NCBI GenBank assembly: GCA_045642965.1
Contig: JAZUJX010000101.1
Location: 1 to 48,425 of the forward strand
Direction of reading: 5' to 3'
DNA: 48,425 bases
Source: Synergistaceae bacterium
Lineage (GTDB): Bacteria > Synergistota > Synergistia > Synergistales > Synergistaceae
Shown: positions 8,267 through 18,437 of the stretch, one piece after another
Position numbering within the stretch: the stretch's first letter is position 1
Layout of the letters: each line of letters opens with the position of its first letter
Translations under genes and position numbers: made by a program
Notes under the pieces: model-generated
The model's input: only the letters and a program-made list of their open reading frames with translations
Told to the model about the DNA's origin: nothing
Databases searched by the model: none

Positions 8267-10222
8267 TTATTTGTTCTCAAGGTTCTCATAGAGTACCCTG
8301 AGCATTTCGCCGTGAGCCATTGCGTTCAGAACGTCTCCGTGCGGTTTGTAGGGCATTGTGCCGTCAAAGAATTCCGCTACGCAGCCGAGACCGCCATGAC
8401 GGAGATGCGAGCTGAACGGGCGTATGAACATCCACGCAACGCGTTTGTTTTCCGGATATGCTTTCGTATATGCCGTAATGAACTGTCCGAGAAGCCACGT
8501 CCATGCCGTTCCGCGGTAACGGGCCTTGTTGAGAGTTTCTTCGCTGCCTTCGGCGCGGCCTTTGAATTTGTCGTCCTTCGGGTCAAGCGTACGGAGTCCG
8601 TAGGTTGTGTAAAGCGCATCCCAGCAGACGCGGATAATTTTATTAACGGCTTCTTCGGAAAGCGCCGTGTAAGGAAGCGATGCAGCAAGAATCTGGTTGG
8701 GGCGTACGCTTGAGCTCTTTTCGGAACCGTCTGCAAGTATCCAGTCGCAGAGGCATCCGTGTGCATTGTCCCAGAACATTTTTTCGAATTCTGCTTTGAA
8801 TTTGTCCGCCGTTTCCGCGTATTTCTTTTCTGCCGCGGCATCTCCGAGTTCTGCCGCACATTTCTCAGCCGTTCTGAGAGCGTTGTACCAGAGAGCGTTG
8901 AGCTCTACAAGGCAGCCTTTTCTCGTAACGACGTTTTTGCCGGAAACGACAGAGTTCATCCAGTGGCGTGCCGGATTTTCGCTGTTTACGCTGAGGAATG
9001 CGCCCTTTTCGAACGTAAGGTCAAGCACTTCAATGCCCTGCATGTAACGGTCAGCTATATCCATAACGCCCTTTGCTATTTCGGCGTCCTTTGTGCCTTT
9101 AAGGTATTTCTCTGCAGCGTAGACAAACCAGAGACCGTTGTCGGCGCCTGCGGTCGCAAGCTGTCCGTCTTCGGCAATGCGTTCGGGCATTACCGTGTCG
9201 TTTTCGCGGCATTTCTTGAGCCAGTTGTGCAGTGCGGATTCGACTATATCAGCCCTGCCCGTTGCAAGAGCAAGCCCAGGAAGCGCCACAAACGTGTCGC
9301 GCGAACGGCGTTCTGTTGAAGGGTAGCCTGAATATATCTTGGCGGGTTTGTCTTCTTTGTTGTCTATAAGATGATACGCGGCAACTATCATGTCGCATGC
9401 CGCAGTATTCGAAGGTTCAAAACTTGCTTTTTCGAGAAGTTCTGAGTAGCGTTCGGTTTCTTTGCGGAAAAATTCTTCCAGCTGCTCAGGCGTGTAATCC
9501 TGTTTTTCCCCGGACAGCACTATAAACGCAACGTCGCCTTCGTTCATTTCAAGCGTGAGCGTTCCCGGTGCCCAAAGGCTGTCGCCCGACGCGTTCTGAA
9601 CGTCGTCCTGCTCGTACATGACGTTTTCAAACCAGAGAGGCTTTATTTCCCATTTGCCTTTTGTGGCAGTGCAGAAGCTTGACAGCCCGTAGCCTTCAGC
9701 TTTAATCGTCTGTCCGCCGCTTGTCGCAACCGCGAAATCGTTCTGCTTGTATTCCGAACGTATTTCGGAGTTAAGTCTGTGCGCAAAAAGAGGACGCAGT
9801 TCAAGCTGGATTTTCTGCGGGGCCGATACTGCTTCATAACGGATTACCGTGCAGGTTTCGCCCTGCGGCATAAATATTGATTTCTTAATAAACGTTCCGT
9901 GAATGACAAAAAGCATGTTCGGGAACGGATTGCCCTTGTATTCCTGTATGTAGCGGAACCCGTCCGGATAGACAAGATCCTTGTAACGGTTTGTGGAGAG
10001 CTGATATTTTTTGCCGTTTGACAGAACCGTTTCTTCGACTTTGCTTACAAGCACGGAATGACGCACTTCACCCGTGGGTCTTACGACCAGAAGCCCGTGC
10101 TCTCTTCTGGTATTTGCTCCTATGACCGTTGAGAAGCCGTAGCTTCCGAGTCCGTTGGAAACGAGAAATTCCCTTCCCGCTCCTTTTTCGTAGGTGTTGA
10201 CGTCAACCTTCCCTAAGTACAT
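8267..10222 (-). CDS. Glycogen debranching enzyme / amylo-alpha-1,6-glucosidase family protein
   Basis: 651 aa. The N-terminus, REFLVSNGLGSYGFSTVIGANTRREHGLL, and the C-terminal barrel region, YRGTAWTWLLGQFITAY, are typical of bacterial/archaeal GDE proteins. Confidence 0.85.
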   Translation of the reverse strand: MYLGKVDVNTYEKGAGREFLVSNGLGSYGFSTVIGANTRREHGLLVVRPTGEVRHSVLVSKVEETVLSNGKKYQLSTNRYKDLVYPDGFRYIQEYKGNPFPNMLFVIHGTFIKKSIFMPQGETCTVIRYEAVSAPQKIQLELRPLFAHRLNSEIRSEYKQNDFAVATSGGQTIKAEGYGLSSFCTATKGKWEIKPLWFENVMYEQDDVQNASGDSLWAPGTLTLEMNEGDVAFIVLSGEKQDYTPEQLEEFFRKETERYSELLEKASFEPSNTAACDMIVAAYHLIDNKEDKPAKIYSGYPSTERRSRDTFVALPGLALATGRADIVESALHNWLKKCRENDTVMPERIAEDGQLATAGADNGLWFVYAAEKYLKGTKDAEIAKGVMDIADRYMQGIEVLDLTFEKGAFLSVNSENPARHWMNSVVSGKNVVTRKGCLVELNALWYNALRTAEKCAAELGDAAAEKKYAETADKFKAEFEKMFWDNAHGCLCDWILADGSEKSSSVRPNQILAASLPYTALSEEAVNKIIRVCWDALYTTYGLRTLDPKDDKFKGRAEGSEETLNKARYRGTAWTWLLGQFITAYTKAYPENKRVAWMFIRPFSSHLRHGGLGCVAEFFDGTMPYKPHGDVLNAMAHGEMLRVLYENLENK

Positions 10223-11114
10223 TGGTACCCTCTCCCTTCAAGATTTGAGAAGCCAGTTTATAGATTTTCTGCCACCTATATTCTACCGTACTTTTGCCGA
10301 TTGGACGTGATAATTTTTTGCCAAGTTCACATAAAGTTGCTTCCGGATATTCTTTCCTGAGTCCAATCAGCTCTTTCAGAGCTTCCGGAAGCTTTCCGAA
10401 AGCGTCTTCTTCCTCAAGCCGTTTTATCAGCTGAAGCTGTTTTGCCGCGGTTTGAGCGGTTTTGCCTATGTTTGCCATATCGCAGTTCATCATTCTGTTC
10501 TGCACGTTCTGCGTCTCGCGCATTATCGATTTGTCTTCGAGAGCGAGAACAGTGTTCACACAGCCGGTCCAGCCGATAAAATCAACAATCTGCTGTCTGT
10601 CCCTGAGGATAATTTCCGTGTTGCTGTTTTTCGTCCGCACGGATGCGTTTATCTTAGCCAGCCGCAGAAGCTCAAGCATCTCTTCTTCATGTCCGTTCTG
10701 CGGAAAACGCATTACAAGATAATAGCCTGTTTTCGGAATGTACAGCGAGCCTGTACTTCCGAAAAAGCCCCGTCCCCACGACCAGAAACGTTTTTTGCCG
10801 GCGTCAAAGCCTGAAGCACCGTCGCATATTTTTTCAACCGCCCTGCCGTGCACGAAGAAAAATATTTTCCCGTTCTGCTGGCTCGAAACAAGTTTGACGT
10901 CATCTATAAAGAGACTTCTGTCCTCAGCAGCGATTTTCCCCCACAGTGCAAGCAGCCTTCTGTAGACAAAAAGCCTGGAGGTCTGAAACATCGCGCCTTC
11001 CGTCATTTCTGTCTGAGGAAGACCGCAGAGTATGCCGTACATTTCATCTTCGTACGGTCTGCAGGCTTTCACGCTGCTCCATTCATACCATAAATCCTTG
11101 TTAAGGCTGTTCAT
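10203..11114 (-). CDS. whiA: DNA-binding protein WhiA
   Basis: 303 aa. It contains ..NRMMNCDMANIGKTAQTAAKQLQLI.. and a C-terminal HTH (ATLCELGKKLSRPIGKSTVEYRWQKI). Its ATG overlaps the yvcK TGA as ATGA, and it sits in the conserved rapZ-yvcK-whiA context. Confidence 0.9.
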   Translation of the reverse strand: MNSLNKDLWYEWSSVKACRPYEDEMYGILCGLPQTEMTEGAMFQTSRLFVYRRLLALWGKIAAEDRSLFIDDVKLVSSQQNGKIFFFVHGRAVEKICDGASGFDAGKKRFWSWGRGFFGSTGSLYIPKTGYYLVMRFPQNGHEEEMLELLRLAKINASVRTKNSNTEIILRDRQQIVDFIGWTGCVNTVLALEDKSIMRETQNVQNRMMNCDMANIGKTAQTAAKQLQLIKRLEEEDAFGKLPEALKELIGLRKEYPEATLCELGKKLSRPIGKSTVEYRWQKIYKLASQILKGEGTNVLREG

Positions 11115-12232
11115 CAGTCGCCTTTACGCTCTTTATACTCCCTGGCAAGCAGCATAATTGTCTCTGCAAGATTCTGCGCGTTGTGTCTCAGATATTTCCC
11201 GTCTTTGACAGCGATATAATTGCCGTATATAACTTTTGTACCAAGCGAACTGAGATATTTTTCCTCTTTCGCCGAAAGATAAAGCGGCTCAGCCCCTATC
11301 TTCCCGTAACGTTTCAGAAATTCCCCGGGCACGGGAGCCTGGTTTGCAAGCAGATAATTCGGAACAGAGCCTGTAACCCCGGCAATCCAGTCTATGTGTG
11401 CAAGGATATTCATGCCTTCAGTTTCTTTGGGCTGCGTAACAAGGTTTGCCACGTAAACAACCGGAGCTTTTGCTTCATGCAGCAGATCTGCGATTTCTTT
11501 AAGCAGAAGATTCGGCATTACGCTTGTAAAAAGGCTTCCTGGCCCAAGAACTATAATATCCGCGTTTTTGATTGCGTCTTTAACCGCTTCGACAGGCTTT
11601 GCGGACGAAGGCTCAATCCAAAGCTTTTCCAGGCGGCTTCCGCTGTTTGAAATCTCAAGTTCCCCGCTCAGTTCTTCGCCGCCCCGCGCAATGCCTTTGA
11701 GTTTAATATTCTCCGTAGTGACCGGCAGAACCCTGCCTCTTATCGCAAGCAGTTTGTTAAGTTCCTCAACCGCGCGCTGAAAATCGCCTCTCAGCTCCGT
11801 AGCCGCAAGCAGCACTAAATTGCCGAGACTGTGCCCCTGCAGTTCGCCTTTGTCAAAACGGTAATTCAGAAGCGCGTTCAGCGAACTGTCGTTTTCCGCG
11901 AGAGCCACGATGCAGTTGCGTATATCACCCGGAGGCAGCATTCCCCATTCGCTGCGCAGTCTTCCCGAACTTCCGCCTTCGTCGGTAACGGCGACAACCG
12001 CCGTTATGTTTCTCGTATAGGCTTTAAGCCCGGACAGAAGCGTTGAAAGACCTGTTCCACCGCCTATGGTGACTATGTCCGGCATTGCGGAAGAATCCAC
12101 TCCTATTGCGTTTCCAATAATCTTGGCTTTTCCGAGCAGCATTTTTTTTGTCCTGCCGCGGAAAAGATACGCGGCAAGAACTGCAAGCAGCAGGGCAAGA
12201 AGAAATCCGCACCAAAAGGCAGACATTACCAC
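11114..12232 (-). CDS. yvcK: YvcK/CofD-like gluconeogenesis (cell-shape) factor with an N-terminal TM helix
   Basis: Motifs IVTIGGGTGLSTLLSGLK and VAVTDEGGSSGRLR. The track start is a GTG; the ATG at 12226 forms a TAATG overlap with the rapZ stop and is an equally likely start. Confidence 0.92.
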   Translation of the reverse strand: MVMSAFWCGFLLALLLAVLAAYLFRGRTKKMLLGKAKIIGNAIGVDSSAMPDIVTIGGGTGLSTLLSGLKAYTRNITAVVAVTDEGGSSGRLRSEWGMLPPGDIRNCIVALAENDSSLNALLNYRFDKGELQGHSLGNLVLLAATELRGDFQRAVEELNKLLAIRGRVLPVTTENIKLKGIARGGEELSGELEISNSGSRLEKLWIEPSSAKPVEAVKDAIKNADIIVLGPGSLFTSVMPNLLLKEIADLLHEAKAPVVYVANLVTQPKETEGMNILAHIDWIAGVTGSVPNYLLANQAPVPGEFLKRYGKIGAEPLYLSAKEEKYLSSLGTKVIYGNYIAVKDGKYLRHNAQNLAETIMLLAREYKERKGD

Positions 12233-13107
12233 AAATTCTCCTTGTTGATATCCCTGTGATTGACCACTACTTTATTGCCTCCGCGCGCAAGCTCTTCCGC
12301 CAGTCTCTCGCAGACTGCGACAGACCTGTGTCTTCCGCCTGTACAGCCAATTGCAATGTGCAGATGTCTTTTGCCAGTGTTTCCGTAAACGGGAACCACA
12401 AAGGAAAGCATTGTCAGCGCTTTTTCTATAAACGCGGCAAAATCACCGTATTTTGAAAAATATTCTTTCACTTCCGCATCGCGTCCCGAAAGGTCGTGAA
12501 GCTCGGGAACATAGTTAGGGTTCGGAAGGAAACGAACGTCAATAACGTAGTCGGCATCCTGCGGTATCCCGTTTTTAAAACCGAACGAGCTGAGCAGAAC
12601 AACGGTTTTTTCACGCGCAACGCCTGCGATATCCAGCAGTTTGTTCTTGAAATCGCCGGTTGTCAGTTCGGAAGTATCTATGACTGCGTCGGCACTTTTC
12701 TTTATATCGGCAAGCAGGGTTCGTTCCGCGGCTATACTTTCAAGCAGCGTGGAATTTTCCGAAAGCGGATGCCTGCGCCGCGTTGTCTCAAAACGTCTTA
12801 CAAGCGTCGAATCGGCAGCATCCACGTAGATAATTTTCAATTCTTTCATTTCGCTTCTGAGTACGTCAACAACCTTGTGCAGATCGTCAAGCAGTTTTTC
12901 CTCGCGCACGTCAACAACCGCCGCCACTCCGCAGGTAACTGCGGCCTGGTTGTTTTCAAGCACGCTGATAAGCTGCGGAAGCAGGGTGGGCGGTAGATTG
13001 TCTATTGCATAATACCCCTGATCCTCAAAAACCGTCAGTGCGGAGGATTTTCCCCCTCCGGACATTCCGGTTATGATTACGCATTTTTTAACCTGGCTGT
13101 TTTCCAT
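12226..13107 (-). CDS. rapZ: RNase adapter / nucleotide-binding protein RapZ (YvcJ)
   Basis: P-loop VIITGMSGGGKSSAL and C-terminal IGCTGGRHRSV. The start was trimmed to the ATG at 13107 (MENSQVKK), which has a GGAGG RBS 9 nt upstream. The track start at 13149 is a GTG. Confidence 0.93.
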   Translation of the reverse strand: MENSQVKKCVIITGMSGGGKSSALTVFEDQGYYAIDNLPPTLLPQLISVLENNQAAVTCGVAAVVDVREEKLLDDLHKVVDVLRSEMKELKIIYVDAADSTLVRRFETTRRRHPLSENSTLLESIAAERTLLADIKKSADAVIDTSELTTGDFKNKLLDIAGVAREKTVVLLSSFGFKNGIPQDADYVIDVRFLPNPNYVPELHDLSGRDAEVKEYFSKYGDFAAFIEKALTMLSFVVPVYGNTGKRHLHIAIGCTGGRHRSVAVCERLAEELARGGNKVVVNHRDINKENLW

Positions 13108-13167
13108 GCAATCAAGCCTCCAAGCATTCAGTCTGCATTTGAAGAACACTCATTCGGGGAAAATTTC

Positions 13168-14088
13168 CTACTGAATTTCCACCGTATATACTTCGTAACC
13201 CTTGCTTTTCAGTTCGTCGGACAGTTTTTTCGTTTCCCCGCGGTCTGACGAACCCTTCACACGCACTTTGCAGCACAAGGCAGAGTTCACCGTCTCCTCG
13301 GCAGTATATGCCGTGTACCCCTGTTTTTTCAGCGTTTGGACATGCTGTTCCGCGTTCTTTTTGTCAGAAAAAACGCCAATCTGGACGTCATAGCGCTTTG
13401 CCGCGCTCTTGGTTTCCTTTTTGTCCGTTTTTGTCTCAGTTTTTTGTACCGTTTTCAAAGCAGTTACTGTTTCTTTTTTCTGAACCGCTTTCTGTTCCGT
13501 CTTTACAACAGCTTTTTGTTCCTGTTTTACTGCTGTTTTCTGCTCTGTTTTTGCAGCAGTTTTCTTCTGCTCAGTTTTGGCGGCAGGCTGTTCATTAACA
13601 ACCGTTTTCACGCTCTTTTTCTGTTCTTCCGGTTTATTCTTTGCTCCGGCATTTTCCGTTTTCTTTGTTTTGCTTTCCGGCTGAGCGTTTTCAAGCGTTT
13701 TTTTCACGGCTGTTTCCTCGGCGGAAACAGCTTTTGACGCCGATTTAACAGGACGCGCAGGAGCTATCGAAACATGCCCCAACTCTTTGCGGGTTTCGTT
13801 CTTTTTTTGTTCCTGCTCTTTCTTCACTGCAGGAATTTCAGGTTTATCCAGCGTTTCTTCCTGCGCTGCAGTCCGTTTTTCCGTTCTTTCGCGGATAATC
13901 TGCGTAATCTGCCGGTCTTCCTGCTCTGCAATATCCTCCGTGCGAATTTCCGGCGGAGAATAGAAGAACAGCTTTATGCTGAAAAACAGCAGAGCCAGGG
14001 CAACAAGGACTGCCAGCGGAAGAATAAACTGTCCGAAGGTAACCATCGTTTTGCCGTTCTGCAACGTTTTGTCTTTTCTTGAAATCAC
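13168..14088 (-). CDS. SPOR-domain (septal peptidoglycan-binding) membrane protein with a Lys/Glu/Thr-rich repetitive linker
   Basis: N-terminal TM helix (FILPLAVLVALALLFFSIKLFF), a low-complexity linker, and a C-terminal SPOR-like domain (YDVQIGVFSDKKNAEQHVQTLKKQGYTAYT...CKVRVKGSSDRGETKKLSDELKSKGYEVYTVEI). GTG start with an AAGGGGTG RBS. Confidence 0.8.
   Translation of the reverse strand: MISRKDKTLQNGKTMVTFGQFILPLAVLVALALLFFSIKLFFYSPPEIRTEDIAEQEDRQITQIIRERTEKRTAAQEETLDKPEIPAVKKEQEQKKNETRKELGHVSIAPARPVKSASKAVSAEETAVKKTLENAQPESKTKKTENAGAKNKPEEQKKSVKTVVNEQPAAKTEQKKTAAKTEQKTAVKQEQKAVVKTEQKAVQKKETVTALKTVQKTETKTDKKETKSAAKRYDVQIGVFSDKKNAEQHVQTLKKQGYTAYTAEETVNSALCCKVRVKGSSDRGETKKLSDELKSKGYEVYTVEIQ
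13474..13584. repeat. Imperfect 24-nt (8-aa) tandem repeats inside the SPOR-protein linker
   Basis: The protein reads AAKTEQKK/TAAKTEQK/TAVKQEQK/AVVKTEQK/AVQKKETV. Coordinates are approximate. Confidence 0.6.
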
Positions 14089-14105
14089 TGCTTACACCCC
14101 TTATG

Positions 14106-15614
14106 CTATGCAAACTGTCCGAGTTCGCGCAGAGTTCTGTCCCTGTCCGGGCAGTTAAATTTTCTTTTTCCGTATTTTTCAACGTCGTCAGCAAGCATTC
14201 TGCTTTCCGTACAGCCTGCCCACGCAAGTACAAACTCCGTCTCCGCCTCTTTGGCGCTGGTCAGCCTGAGTTGCGGAGTTTTTTTCTTTATTTTTCTGAC
14301 TTCTGCCGTAAGCAGTCTGTAACGTCTCTTTATTTCAGCCGCTCCTATAAACGCTTCTTTCTGCCATTTTGTCCACGGTTTTGGAATAAATGCTCCGGCG
14401 GAAATCACCAGGCTCTGTCCGGTCGCTTCAATAATTTCCGCGCACAGTTCCGCTATGCTTTTCACGTCGTCGTCGGTTTCGCCCGGCAGTCCGATCATGA
14501 AATACAGTTTCACGCTGTTTATGCCGTATTCCGCCGCCATCTTCAGCTTTTCAACAACAAGCGCATTGCTGAATTTTTTTCCGCATGACACTCTGAGCTT
14601 CTCGTTTCCGGTTTCAGGCGCCACGGTTATGCTGTGCCGTCCGCCCAAGGAGAGAGCTTCAAGCATTTTTCCGTTAAGCCTGTCTATTCTCAGTGAAGCA
14701 AAAGACACTGATTTGCCGTTTTTATGCAGCATATCAAGAATTTTGTCTATATCAGGATAATCCCCTGCTTCCGGTGTAATAAGCCCCACCTGGTCAAACT
14801 CAAGTTTTCGGCACAAATTTTCAAAACTTTCTTCAAGCAGGGAGAAATCCCTGAATCTTGCCTTACCGAAACAGGCAGGCAGCGTACAATAGCTGCAATT
14901 TCTGATACAGCCTCTCTGCAGTTCAAGCAGAAGAGTGCTGCCGAAAGCGCCCTTTTCAGTAATCCAGCTGCTGTGCATCGGATGTTCTCCGTCAATCAGC
15001 TGTTCCCTGCCGATTTTCTTTTTAGCGGCGACTCCCATGTCCGTTGCTTCAAGCGGCGGGACAAACACTGAGTCCGTCTCCGAGAGTTTTTTCCAGAGCT
15101 TTTCCCTGTCCTTGTCTTCGTCGTATTCTTTTACGGCACTGAGAATTTCCGGCATTATATCCAGTCCGTCCCCGAGTATCACCGCATCTGCCGCCGACGA
15201 AACAAGCAGCGGATTTATATAGGTTACAGCCCCGCCGACAAAAATTACCGGATAATTGTTTTCTTTTCTTTTAAAGGGATCCAGCGGTATATTTGCGTTG
15301 TGCAGCCACTGAAAAAATTTCTCAACGTCAGGTTCGTAAGCTATGCTCGCGCTGATAACCGGAAAGCGTTCAAGCAGCGTATCTCCGTCAACAGAACGGT
15401 AAGGAACTGGGGTTTCAAAAAAACGCTCCGCGGCAATCCCGCTTTCCCTAAGCATGCGGAAAACATACTGATAACCAAGGTTGGCAGAGCCGATAGAATA
15501 GTCTGCCGGATAAAACATTGCCCAAGGAAGCTTTCCCCCCTTAGGCAACGAAACAGACCATTGTTCACTGCTGCGGTACTCTTCCCAGCTCTTCCACTCG
15601 GTTATTCTGCCCAT
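14106..15614 (-). CDS. Radical SAM protein with a B12-binding-domain-like N-terminus (TIGR03960-like family)
   Basis: CxxxCxxC cluster motif in ELQRGCIRNCSYCTLP. The N-terminus, FYPADYSIGSANLGYQYVFRMLRE, resembles the conserved start of that family. Its ATG directly abuts the ftsZ stop codon. Confidence 0.75.
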   Translation of the reverse strand: MGRITEWKSWEEYRSSEQWSVSLPKGGKLPWAMFYPADYSIGSANLGYQYVFRMLRESGIAAERFFETPVPYRSVDGDTLLERFPVISASIAYEPDVEKFFQWLHNANIPLDPFKRKENNYPVIFVGGAVTYINPLLVSSAADAVILGDGLDIMPEILSAVKEYDEDKDREKLWKKLSETDSVFVPPLEATDMGVAAKKKIGREQLIDGEHPMHSSWITEKGAFGSTLLLELQRGCIRNCSYCTLPACFGKARFRDFSLLEESFENLCRKLEFDQVGLITPEAGDYPDIDKILDMLHKNGKSVSFASLRIDRLNGKMLEALSLGGRHSITVAPETGNEKLRVSCGKKFSNALVVEKLKMAAEYGINSVKLYFMIGLPGETDDDVKSIAELCAEIIEATGQSLVISAGAFIPKPWTKWQKEAFIGAAEIKRRYRLLTAEVRKIKKKTPQLRLTSAKEAETEFVLAWAGCTESRMLADDVEKYGKRKFNCPDRDRTLRELGQFA

Positions 15615-17012
15615 CTATTCCTCATCCTGCTTTTTCAGACGGCGGCGGAGAATTGAAGGCGTATCGTAGTTGTTTGCGTCATTTCCGCTCTGGAAAAGAT
15701 TTACGTTGGTTCTGGCAGGATTTTCCTGGACCTGCACGGCTTTATACTGAATATTCTCAGCTGCAGACCGCATTTCCTGTGCAGGCTCACGGGTTTCATT
15801 CCCGCGATACTGGACAGGCTCTGCAAACTGTTCTCCGCGTATCAGAGGTCTTACCTTTTCGCTGAAATTGGCAGGATCATCAGGAACTTTATTGTTGTAA
15901 ACGAGTCTGTGCGAAGTGCTCCTGTGCATACCAAACGGCACCGCTGTTTCTGTAACCGCCGGTCTTTCCGCAGTTTTTTCCTGCTGCTGTACAGGAACCC
16001 TGACGGCATTGTATCCTCCGTCATACTGCTTTGCGTAATCAGGAAGTTCGTCAAAACCGGTTGCTATAACCGTAATCTGCAAATTGTTTCCCATATCCGG
16101 ATCATATACGTGACCCCAGATTATATATGCGTTCTCGTTGGCAGCTTCGGTAATGATCCTTACTGCCTCGTTGACCTCGTGAATACGGACGTTGGCGCCT
16201 GTTATATTGACAAGTATGCCCCTTGCACCGTTCATCCTTGTATCCATAAGGCGGCTGTTTATCGCGTTTGTCGCAGCAAGCTGCGCTCTGTTGTCTCCAT
16301 ACCCTTCGCCTATTCCCATAATTGCGGGGCCGGCATTTGACATTACCGTGCGCACGTCTGCAAAATCAACGTTGACAATGCCCGGACGGAGAATAAGATC
16401 CGTTACTCCCTGTACTGCCTGATGCAGTATGTTGTCTGCTTCGCCGAATGCTTCGTTGATAAGAGTTTTATGGTCGGAAATATTTAAAAGTTTGTCATTG
16501 GGTATTACTATCAGCGCGTCAACTTTGTCTTTCAGCACTTCTATGCCGTGAAGCGCCTGGGCGATGCGCCTTTTTCCCTCAAACGTAAACGGAAGCGTAA
16601 CAACGGCTATAACCAAAGCGTCAGCTTCACGGGCAATCTGCGCAATAACGGGCGCGGCGCCTGTTCCCGTACCCCCGCCCATGCCTGCCGCCAAAAAAAC
16701 CATATCGGCACCTTCGACGGCCGCACGTATGTCATCTCTTGATTCCTGCGCGGCTTTGAAACCAACTTCGGGATTAGAACCTGCGCCCAGTCCTTTGGTA
16801 AGTTCTTTTCCGATAACCATTCTGTTCTGTGATTCGGAAATCTCCAGATGTGCCAAATCCGTATTAACGGCAATAAACTCTACTCCGCTGACACCGCCGC
16901 GGATAATGTGGTTCAGCGCATTATTGCCTGCCCCTCCGACTCCGATAACCTTGATGACCTCACGGGTTGGATAATTAGACTTATCAAGCTGGAAAATATC
17001 TGTGTTTGCCAT
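15615..17012 (-). CDS. ftsZ: Cell division GTPase FtsZ
   Basis: Motifs GVGGAGNNA and GMGGGTGTGAAPVIA, with a C-terminal DTPSILRRR peptide. Confidence 0.98.
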   Translation of the reverse strand: MANTDIFQLDKSNYPTREVIKVIGVGGAGNNALNHIIRGGVSGVEFIAVNTDLAHLEISESQNRMVIGKELTKGLGAGSNPEVGFKAAQESRDDIRAAVEGADMVFLAAGMGGGTGTGAAPVIAQIAREADALVIAVVTLPFTFEGKRRIAQALHGIEVLKDKVDALIVIPNDKLLNISDHKTLINEAFGEADNILHQAVQGVTDLILRPGIVNVDFADVRTVMSNAGPAIMGIGEGYGDNRAQLAATNAINSRLMDTRMNGARGILVNITGANVRIHEVNEAVRIITEAANENAYIIWGHVYDPDMGNNLQITVIATGFDELPDYAKQYDGGYNAVRVPVQQQEKTAERPAVTETAVPFGMHRSTSHRLVYNNKVPDDPANFSEKVRPLIRGEQFAEPVQYRGNETREPAQEMRSAAENIQYKAVQVQENPARTNVNLFQSGNDANNYDTPSILRRRLKKQDEE

Positions 17013-17030
17013 AACGCAGACCGTCCTCCT

Positions 17031-18401
17031 CTAAAACAGATCCGAAAACAGACCTTTTATCTTGCCGCCGATATTTTTTGTCTCAGTTTTCAATTCTTTT
17101 TTAATCGTTTCGTTCTTTTCAGCCCACATATTTTTAATTGCATCAGTCTGCAGTGTTCTGCCGCTTTTCTTTACAGAGTCCGCAGCAGAATGACCGTCCA
17201 TAAAGCGGTACGGAGCACGCTGCTTTTCAGTTACGTATTTTATTATGCCTGCCGCTCCGGAAAATTCTCCGCCGTTTTTGCCGCGCGGCATCTGCGAAGC
17301 AGCAGAGGGCACTGCCGTTCTCACAGAAAGTTCAAATATGTCGCGCATCAGGCTGTCAATTCCTCGCATTTCAGCTATGCCGCCTGTCAAAATTATTCCG
17401 CCGTCCAGTGATTTGATTCCTGCTTCGTTTATCTTTGACATAACAAGTTCCTGGCAGAGTTCCTCTATTCTGCAGGAAATAATTTCCACGGCTTCACAGC
17501 GCAGAACTTTGCACAGTCTGTTGTTGAACGAAAATTCAACATACTCGTTTTCATCTTCCTCGTCCTGTCCTTTAGTTCCGAGAAATACCTTGCGTTTGAT
17601 GTCTTCCGCACAAATAAGAGGTATTTTGAGAACCGACGCCAGATCATTGGATATATGGTCACCGCCGATAGGGATCGTTGCCATGTATACCGGATGTCCG
17701 TTGGAATAAACAGTTACGTCAGTCGTTCCCCCTCCGATATCCAAAACCGCAGCCCCGTTTCTTGCTTCCTCTTCCGTAATTACAGACAAAGAGGCCGCCA
17801 GCGGTTTAAGGACAATGCTGTCTATTTCCACTCCCGCTCTTTTTATGCAGTTTACCGTATCCTGTATTACCGCGCTTGGAACCATAACGCTCAAAAGCTC
17901 AACCTGAAGAGTTTTACCGGTCATGTCCAATGGATTTTCAATCTCTTTGCCGTCAAGATTAAACCTTACGGGAATCGTATGTATTATCGTCTTGTTCGAA
18001 GGAACCGCAAGATCATCCTTTGCAATCTGAACCACCCGTTCGATATCGTCTTCCGAAACAGGGCGCGCGTTGACTCCGAGCATAAATCTCCCCTGCGTTG
18101 TAACACACTGCACGCCTTCGCTGCATGAGAACGAAACGGATACTGTTTTCAGCGGCTGGCCGACAGCTGTTTCCGCACTGTTCAAGACCTGTTTTATTGC
18201 CCTGGACGCCAGATCGGCATTAATAATGCCGCCCTTCCTGATACCGGACGACGGGCACTCTTCCACTGTAATTATATGCGGTTCTTCAGAGCCGGTTTCT
18301 TTTTCCGCAACTATCACGGAAATTTTGCTCGTACCCAAATCAAGAGCCGTAATAATTTCAGGATCATTCATGTATTCAGATGCAAAGGAGTTTCCAAACA
18401 C
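17031..18401 (-). CDS. ftsA: Cell division protein FtsA
   Basis: Actin-fold motifs ALDLGTSKISVIV and VLDIGGGTTDVTVY, plus a C-terminal amphipathic tail (KIKGLFSDLF). Confidence 0.95.
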   Translation of the reverse strand: MFGNSFASEYMNDPEIITALDLGTSKISVIVAEKETGSEEPHIITVEECPSSGIRKGGIINADLASRAIKQVLNSAETAVGQPLKTVSVSFSCSEGVQCVTTQGRFMLGVNARPVSEDDIERVVQIAKDDLAVPSNKTIIHTIPVRFNLDGKEIENPLDMTGKTLQVELLSVMVPSAVIQDTVNCIKRAGVEIDSIVLKPLAASLSVITEEEARNGAAVLDIGGGTTDVTVYSNGHPVYMATIPIGGDHISNDLASVLKIPLICAEDIKRKVFLGTKGQDEEDENEYVEFSFNNRLCKVLRCEAVEIISCRIEELCQELVMSKINEAGIKSLDGGIILTGGIAEMRGIDSLMRDIFELSVRTAVPSAASQMPRGKNGGEFSGAAGIIKYVTEKQRAPYRFMDGHSAADSVKKSGRTLQTDAIKNMWAEKNETIKKELKTETKNIGGKIKGLFSDLF

Positions 18402-18437
18402 AGCAGTTTACCTCCGCTATTTCATTTTCTTCGCTTA

